From assembly GCA_039586365.1 (NCBI GenBank), contig JBDHKN010000002.1, positions 32,001-96,000 of the forward strand: a DNA stretch of 64,000 nt, read 5' to 3'. Under the pieces are notes generated by a model. The model made no database searches. It had not been told where the DNA came from and saw only the letters and a program-made list of their open reading frames with translations. The DNA is from Gemmatimonadota bacterium (GTDB lineage: Bacteria > Gemmatimonadota > Gemmatimonadetes > Gemmatimonadales > GWC2-71-9). Both the position numbers and the translations under genes were made by a program. Shown one piece after another: positions 58,692-64,000 of the stretch (position 1 is its first letter; every line of letters begins with the position of its first letter).

Positions 58692-59438
58692 TCATCTTAG
58701 TACGAAGCTCACCCTAACCTCGGCGGTGACCGCGAGCTGTCCTGGAGTCATGGGTCCTTCAGGTTCACCTGACTGCCCGCCGACATTCTGGATCACGTTC
58801 TGGGTCATGGTACCCCGCGACCGCGAGCCCCACCACGACCCGTACGACGACCACCAGCCGACGTAGCCTTCCTGAATCGAGCGTGGTTCCCCAACCTCGA
58901 GCCCGAGCTCAGCTGCCATCGCTGCGGCTTTCTCTTTGGCTGCTTTCAGCGCCTGAGAGCGTGCCTGGTCGCGGTATCTTCTCAACTCGGTCGTCCGAAA
59001 ATCGATCCCGTGCACATAATTCGCTCCGGCCTCGAGGACGCCTGACAATAGCGACTCGAACTTGTCGATGTCCCGCAACGTCACTACCAACGTCTTCCGC
59101 ACTGCGTACCCGACGAAATTGCGCCGCCGCTCATACTCATATTCGTAGTGAGGTTCGATATTCAGATAGTCAGTCTGTAGATGGCTTCGGCTAATTCCAT
59201 GCTCGATTGCCACAGCGAGAACTGCTTGGATCCGGACGTCGTTGGCGGCCTTGGCGGTTGCCAAGTCGAGATCAAAAGTCTCGACGCCGAGTGTCAGGAG
59301 CACCTCGTCGGGCGTCACGCGAACCTCGGCGCGACCCGAAACACTGATCAGTGGTGGCTCACCCGATTCCTGAGTCCAAGCGTGCGGGGATACTGCAACG
59401 ACCAAGGTCAGTAGCGCACTGAGGATTCTGGACATCAT
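58692..59438 (-). CDS. SIMPL (DUF541) domain periplasmic protein
   Basis: ISVSG.AEV.V.PD, AR..A..AA.EKA..MA..LG, PG...V...V.V.F. Confidence 0.9.
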   Translation of the reverse strand: MMSRILSALLTLVVAVSPHAWTQESGEPPLISVSGRAEVRVTPDEVLLTLGVETFDLDLATAKAANDVRIQAVLAVAIEHGISRSHLQTDYLNIEPHYEYEYERRRNFVGYAVRKTLVVTLRDIDKFESLLSGVLEAGANYVHGIDFRTTELRRYRDQARSQALKAAKEKAAAMAAELGLEVGEPRSIQEGYVGWWSSYGSWWGSRSRGTMTQNVIQNVGGQSGEPEGPMTPGQLAVTAEVRVSFVLR

Positions 59439-59480
59439 TCAATCTCTCCGGTTACTGATTCGCAGCCACATTACTCGCGC

Positions 59481-60251
59481 TCAACGGTTCGACCAAATAC
59501 GCCTGATCCAGGGCACTGCCAACGCCACCGACTCCACATAGGCCATTACGTCGTAATGGCCTATACCATCAACTGCGACGAACTCGATCGATGCACCCTT
59601 AGCTCCGAGATCCACCACAGCCTGTTCAACCCTGTCAAAAGCAATCAACTCATCGGCGCGACTGTGAACCACGAAGAACGGAATGCTGCGCAGGCTCTCG
59701 CGCCAGGGTACCGTACCTTCCCGCAAGAACCGCCGATACTCCGGTTCTTCGGTGCTGTCCCCCCGGACCACCGTGGGCGCTGTCGCAATTGGGATCGCGG
59801 CACTGAAGAAGTCCGCATATTCAGCAGCCATATACCAGGTGCCCAACCCCCCCAAGCTGAAGCCCGTGACTAGCACCCGCCGGGGATCGATCTCGAACTC
59901 CGACCGGATCTGATCCATGACGGCCCAGATTGCATGCTGACTGCGAGGACTCAGCCAATCACGTTCGGGAGCATCCGGGGCCACCATGATCGCTCCCAAC
60001 TCCTCGAAAGCCGGAGCGATGAGTCGGATGAGAAAAGTCAATCCGAAAAAGCTCGGCAACTCACCTTCCCAGCTGTGGTGTAGCGCAAGCATCAACGGCA
60101 CAGGCTGCTCCAGATCGACGCCCTCTGGCAGCGCAATGGCGTATCGCACCTCGGAACCGTCCTCCAGCGTGAGAGTCCTCCGCTGGATCTCTGAGCTGAT
60201 CGGAGTTGAATACGTCGTAAGGAAAATCAGGCACAGCTGAAAAACGTTCAC
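59481..60251 (-). CDS. Alpha/beta hydrolase (predicted peptidase/esterase)
   Basis: PL..ALH, ID..R..VTGFSLGG nucleophile elbow, H..AD, GH. Confidence 0.85.
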   Translation of the reverse strand: MNVFQLCLIFLTTYSTPISSEIQRRTLTLEDGSEVRYAIALPEGVDLEQPVPLMLALHHSWEGELPSFFGLTFLIRLIAPAFEELGAIMVAPDAPERDWLSPRSQHAIWAVMDQIRSEFEIDPRRVLVTGFSLGGLGTWYMAAEYADFFSAAIPIATAPTVVRGDSTEEPEYRRFLREGTVPWRESLRSIPFFVVHSRADELIAFDRVEQAVVDLGAKGASIEFVAVDGIGHYDVMAYVESVALAVPWIRRIWSNR

Positions 60252-60488
60252 AATCCCAGTCCTTTCAGCACTGGCTGCGCGCCACGCTTAGTACGCTTGT
60301 CATGCTCGACACGCTGTCCCTCTCATCCAGCTCACAGCGACCTCCCGCCACAACTGGATTCCGGTAGTTGTACCCCTGAGAGGCTCACTCTGTCAGGAAA
60401 GGACAAAGCCTTGGATGGCAGGAAGAGGTATCTCATACCTGGAGGTCCAAAGTAAGTCCGCGTGATCGAACCACCAACACAAACGACA

Positions 60489-60517
60489 TTGATCGGACCG
60501 ACCGGTCGTCTTATCAT
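60489..60517 (+). promoter_or_regulatory. sigma70 promoter with embedded operator; probable leaderless tetR transcript
   Basis: TTGATC-N17-TATCAT; GACC-gacc-GGTC in the spacer; ATG 6 nt after the -10 box and no SD. Confidence 0.7.
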
Positions 60518-60523
60518 AGCCCC

Positions 60524-61111
60524 ATGTCGCCGGATACGTCGCGAAGCAGGCTCATCCGTGAAGCCAAGACACTCATGCTGGCCAAGGGATATTCCGGCAC
60601 CACCGTTGACGAAATCTGTAGGGCGGCCGCAGTTAGCAAGGGTAGTTTCTACCATTTCTTCCATTCCAAGGAGCAACTCGGCCTGACTGTCCTCGACGAG
60701 TACTTCTCGTCCACACTCCAGCCTCTGATGAACGGTCCTTTTGTCGAGATCGACGATCCGATCCAGCGCGCTCTGGCGCTCATCGAATATGCTGAAACGA
60801 TCTCCGCTGATATCTGGGCCGAAGGATGCCTGCTCGGCAGCTTCGCCGTCGACCTGGCTGAAACCAGTACCAAGGTCCGCCAGCAGGTATCCAGCCGATT
60901 CCTTCGCCTTGAGCGAGAGTTGGCTCAGATCTTCAAGGCGGCCGGGCTCGGGAAGGCTGGAGATGCCACAGCAACACCCGAGGAACTGGCCGGGCACTTC
61001 ATAGCGGCAATCGAAGGATCCATCGTGCTGGCCAGAGCTCACAACGACACCAAGCGTATTGCCCGGACAATCCGCGATTTCGGTCGGTACATAAAGCTGC
61101 TAATCAGCTGA
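60524..61111 (+). CDS. TetR/AcrR-family regulator (NemR-like)
   Basis: GY..TTVDEIC..A.VSKGSFYH.F.SKE; GCLLG. Confidence 0.92.
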   Translation: MSPDTSRSRLIREAKTLMLAKGYSGTTVDEICRAAAVSKGSFYHFFHSKEQLGLTVLDEYFSSTLQPLMNGPFVEIDDPIQRALALIEYAETISADIWAEGCLLGSFAVDLAETSTKVRQQVSSRFLRLERELAQIFKAAGLGKAGDATATPEELAGHFIAAIEGSIVLARAHNDTKRIARTIRDFGRYIKLLIS

Positions 61112-61954
61112 CCCATCCGCTTCCCGGCTGCTTGCTGCGCCTGACCAGCCAGCATTCTGTCCGCCACTGTTAGTCTGAGTTGAACTCGCGAGAAGATGAA
61201 GAGTCTCCTCGTGAAGCACCCCGTTCGAAGTCACGAGACTGCCGCCATAGATCGTACGCTCTCCCGCTAGTGTCGTGGCCGATCCCCCTGCTTCCTCGAC
61301 GATCACCTGCAGTGGCGCAATGTCCCATGGCTTGACGATTGGGTCGATAGCGATCTCCCCTGCACCCTCTGCAACGAGCATGTGCTGATAGAAGTCGCCA
61401 AAACCTCGTGTACGCTCGACTCGATTCATGAGGCCCAGCATTCCTTCTGGGACCCCCGGCTCACCGGTGCCGCCTATGTTGCTGTGGAATAGTTGCGCCT
61501 CCGCCAGCGTCCTTATCTTGGAGGTTCGTAACAGGCGAGATCCACTATGAGCACCACGGCCGCGTTGGGCGCTCCAACGCAGTCCCATGGCAGGGGCTGA
61601 CACGACACCGGCAACTACCTCGTGGTCAACCTCAATTGCGAGTAGGGTGGCGAAGATGGGTATGCCACGCACGAAATTCCTCGTGGCGTCGATAGGATCG
61701 ATGATCAGACGAACCTCTGAAGATCCAGCGGTCTCACCCAACTCTTCCCCAAAGACGCCCACTTCCGGACACCGCCTGGAAATCACGTGTCTGGCTCTTT
61801 CCTCTATGGCCCGATCAGCTTCGGTTACTGGAGAGCAGTCGCCCTTCTCCTCAATTTGCAGGTCCGTCGCGCGATACAGGCGCAGCGCAATATCATCGGC
61901 CTGGTTGGCCATGTCGTGCAGTAGGGTGAGCCATTCCATCGTTGCTGAGTTCAT
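61100..61954 (-). CDS. hisN: Histidinol-phosphatase (inositol monophosphatase family)
   Basis: SPVTEADR, GEE, DPIDAT.NFVRG.P.FATL, RGFGDFY, WDIA. Confidence 0.8.
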   Translation of the reverse strand: MNSATMEWLTLLHDMANQADDIALRLYRATDLQIEEKGDCSPVTEADRAIEERARHVISRRCPEVGVFGEELGETAGSSEVRLIIDPIDATRNFVRGIPIFATLLAIEVDHEVVAGVVSAPAMGLRWSAQRGRGAHSGSRLLRTSKIRTLAEAQLFHSNIGGTGEPGVPEGMLGLMNRVERTRGFGDFYQHMLVAEGAGEIAIDPIVKPWDIAPLQVIVEEAGGSATTLAGERTIYGGSLVTSNGVLHEETLHLLASSTQTNSGGQNAGWSGAASSREADGSAD

Positions 61955-61991
61955 CGGCGTCAGATCAAGACCGGGGATTCACTTCGGTGTC

Positions 61992-62492
61992 TCAGGCAAG
62001 CGCCCTCTCATACTCAATCATCAGGTACTCATCGAACAGTTCGCCCGGCTACCGAGCTACCTCCGCAAAGCCGCAGCTCTCGTACATGGTCCGCGCAGCA
62101 GCGAAGAAGGGATGCTCATCGGTCTGCACCCGAGCTCTGGCATAACCCGCTCTGGTGAATCGCCGCAGGATCTCGCCTATCTGCAGCTGGCCATATCCTT
62201 TGCGCCGGTACTCCGGCAGGACGCAATTGTGACCCAAGATACCTAGCGAGGGCCACCTCGTTGGATTCCAAGACGCGAAGCCAATGACGTGGCCCTTCAG
62301 CGAAGTAACGAAACCGCTTCCCCCGATGGTGTCAGGCTCTTCAAACACAGCGGTATCATACCCCTGCCAGTCAGCGAGTAGCTCAGTCACTCTGTCTTTC
62401 GGTAACTCTTGCAGCAGCGACGCATAACTCACTGCCAAAATGCGCCATATCAGTCCGGGCTCGTAATACGCGAACGGAGTGAAGCCAATCAT
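61992..62492 (-). CDS. GNAT acetyltransferase, possibly interrupted by TAG at 62049-62051
   Basis: GHNCVLPEYRRKGYG, A..MY..CGF; frame continues PGELFDEYLMIEYERALA after the TAG. Confidence 0.75.
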
Positions 62493-62995
62493 TCTCTGTC
62501 ACGACCACCGCTGGGAACAAACTGAACAGCTCCGTCTGATGTCACCTCACAGCGATAGATTCGGATAGCGACACTGCTCAAGAGCCGTTCCCGCAGAATC
62601 TCCATCGAGTCCTGTTCCTGCATGCGGCTGATCTCCTTGGCAGAAGAGGTCGGCAGTATGCGCCTATAGTCACCGCAGATTGCCTCGTCTGGTCCGTCGG
62701 TTGCAGGGCCGTGAAACAGCAGAATGATCTGCTCAATTCCATGAGCGGCGATTAGAAACTCGCACTCTTTTCTGACGGAATGAGCCCGGGTGAATTCGAT
62801 GCCACTTGACGCCAGGGCTCCGGCACCACCAGGGACATATAGCCGGTCGTATCGTGCGATCCCCAGATGATCGTTCAGGAAATCGTCGACTTCCTGCTGA
62901 AAGCGCCCGTCGGAACAGCAAACAACCAAGGTTCGGGGAAGCTCGCTGTCCCACGATCCTTCCCCACGGTAGACCTCAGAGATCATGGATGTCAC
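62489..62995 (-). CDS. Beta-carbonic-anhydrase-like protein
   Basis: CSDGRF, PGG, H...CG zinc-ligand-like pattern. Confidence 0.65.
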   Translation of the reverse strand: MTSMISEVYRGEGSWDSELPRTLVVCCSDGRFQQEVDDFLNDHLGIARYDRLYVPGGAGALASSGIEFTRAHSVRKECEFLIAAHGIEQIILLFHGPATDGPDEAICGDYRRILPTSSAKEISRMQEQDSMEILRERLLSSVAIRIYRCEVTSDGAVQFVPSGGRDRE

Positions 62996-63014
62996 CGATA
63001 ATTCGATAGTGCAC

Positions 63015-63455
63015 TCAACTCCACTTCTGAACTTCGATGATGTTCCCTTCAGGGTCTGTCAGGTATCGGATCTCAAGTCTCCCGATGTCTGCCACCTCAA
63101 CCACCTCCCTCTCACCCACCGGCCTTCCACCATTGGCAACTATCACTCGACACATCTCATCCACATCGTCCACCGAGAAGGCGATATGTGAAAAGCCAGG
63201 AGTGTTGGCGTTGATCTCCGGTCTGTCGGCTTGCTGGCTGTAACTGTACACCTCTAGCGTGGCACTCCCCCCAGGCAATCGCAGGTGAACACCCTGGATG
63301 TGAGATCCGGTTATTCCAGTGACTCGGTCCAACCATTGTCCTTGCTGATCCCGTTCCGGCAAGACTCGTTGACATCCAAATACAGTCTCATAGAAGGCGG
63401 CCAGCCGGCGCCAGTCCTTGGCAATTAGATTCACGTGGGCAAACCGAAGTGACAT
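63015..63455 (-). CDS. VOC/glyoxalase-family protein
   Basis: HVNL..D...FY..FG, HIAF.VDD, DPEGNIIE. Confidence 0.9.
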   Translation of the reverse strand: MSLRFAHVNLIAKDWRRLAAFYETVFGCQRVLPERDQQGQWLDRVTGITGSHIQGVHLRLPGGSATLEVYSYSQQADRPEINANTPGFSHIAFSVDDVDEMCRVIVANGGRPVGEREVVEVADIGRLEIRYLTDPEGNIIEVQKWS

Positions 63456-63553
63456 TATTCGTACTCCTCTTGGCGCAGATAGCTACGACCCGGCCACCTT
63501 CGCTGCGCTTCCCGACCACCCGAGCTGCAACCCAGCGACAATGACCACTGCCG

Positions 63554-63991
63554 TTAATGCTCCTCACCCTGTCGCTCAGGCTGTGTCCAATCTCTTATCA
63601 GGCGTTTTTGCTCGTCTGACAGCCGAGCGTTCCCATGCATTAGCGCGTACATCGCGGGCGGCATCCCCCCTCCCTCTACTTCATCCCAAATCTCCTCCAG
63701 CACGTGGGCCTCGTTCTCTACTGAACTCCAGTCAGAAAAGCTGAACTGTGCACGCGCCTCCTTCACATCGTGGGCGATGAGCCACGCCACGGGCGCAACA
63801 TATCCATACCAAGGCCAATGCGTCTCGCTGGAGTGGCAATCGTAGCAAGCGTTTCGCAAGACCTCCAAGACCATCGGAGGCGCATCCACTTCAAATCGCA
63901 CCGGTGGATTCTTACGCTCGACAGGGTAGAACTGAATGGCCACGAACGTGATCACAACTGCAAGCAGCACTTGAGACGACCGCTTCATCAA
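63554..63991 (-). CDS. Haem-binding domain monoheme cytochrome c
   Basis: ACYDCHS.ET.WPWY, MPP..Y..H..A.LS. Confidence 0.88.
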   Translation of the reverse strand: MMKRSSQVLLAVVITFVAIQFYPVERKNPPVRFEVDAPPMVLEVLRNACYDCHSSETHWPWYGYVAPVAWLIAHDVKEARAQFSFSDWSSVENEAHVLEEIWDEVEGGGMPPAMYALMHGNARLSDEQKRLIRDWTQPERQGEEH

Positions 63992-64000
63992 TCACCTCGT

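Noticed and set aside
1..64000. CRISPR array, tRNA/rRNA, transposase or integrase
   Set aside because: No regularly spaced repeats, RNA-gene signatures or recombinase motifs seen by eye; a covariance-model search was not possible.

Overview
A GC-rich bacterial window. The gene content (PadR-ADOP permease pair, Ser/Thr kinase-TolB-TPR protein, DinB proteins) suggests Gemmatimonadota or Acidobacteriota; this is inference. Bases 1-25.2 kb form a very dense respiratory island of two convergent gene clusters. Ten multiheme c-type cytochromes carry 109 CxxCH motifs plus one CX4CH (counted by eye). The island also encodes an NrfC/NrfD pair, two CbcL-like cytochrome c/cytochrome b fusions, a 22-heme NapC/NirT-anchored cytochrome, a porin-cytochrome pair and two multiheme lipoproteins, which together look like a quinone-to-cell-surface extracellular electron transfer (EET) conduit. 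The most unusual feature is a duplicated nonaheme cytochrome c / Rieske / cytochrome b module. One copy is canonical. In the other the Rieske protein has lost all four Fe-S ligands and its Tat motif, and cytochrome b has lost the PEWY Qo motif while keeping its four heme-b histidines. The remaining ~39 kb holds housekeeping and accessory genes (lat, purL, Fpg/Nei, hisN, permeases, regulators), several gene remnants, readable operator/promoter sites, heptamer tandem arrays and a probable Illumina-adapter artifact. I saw no rRNA, tRNA, CRISPR array or mobile element.
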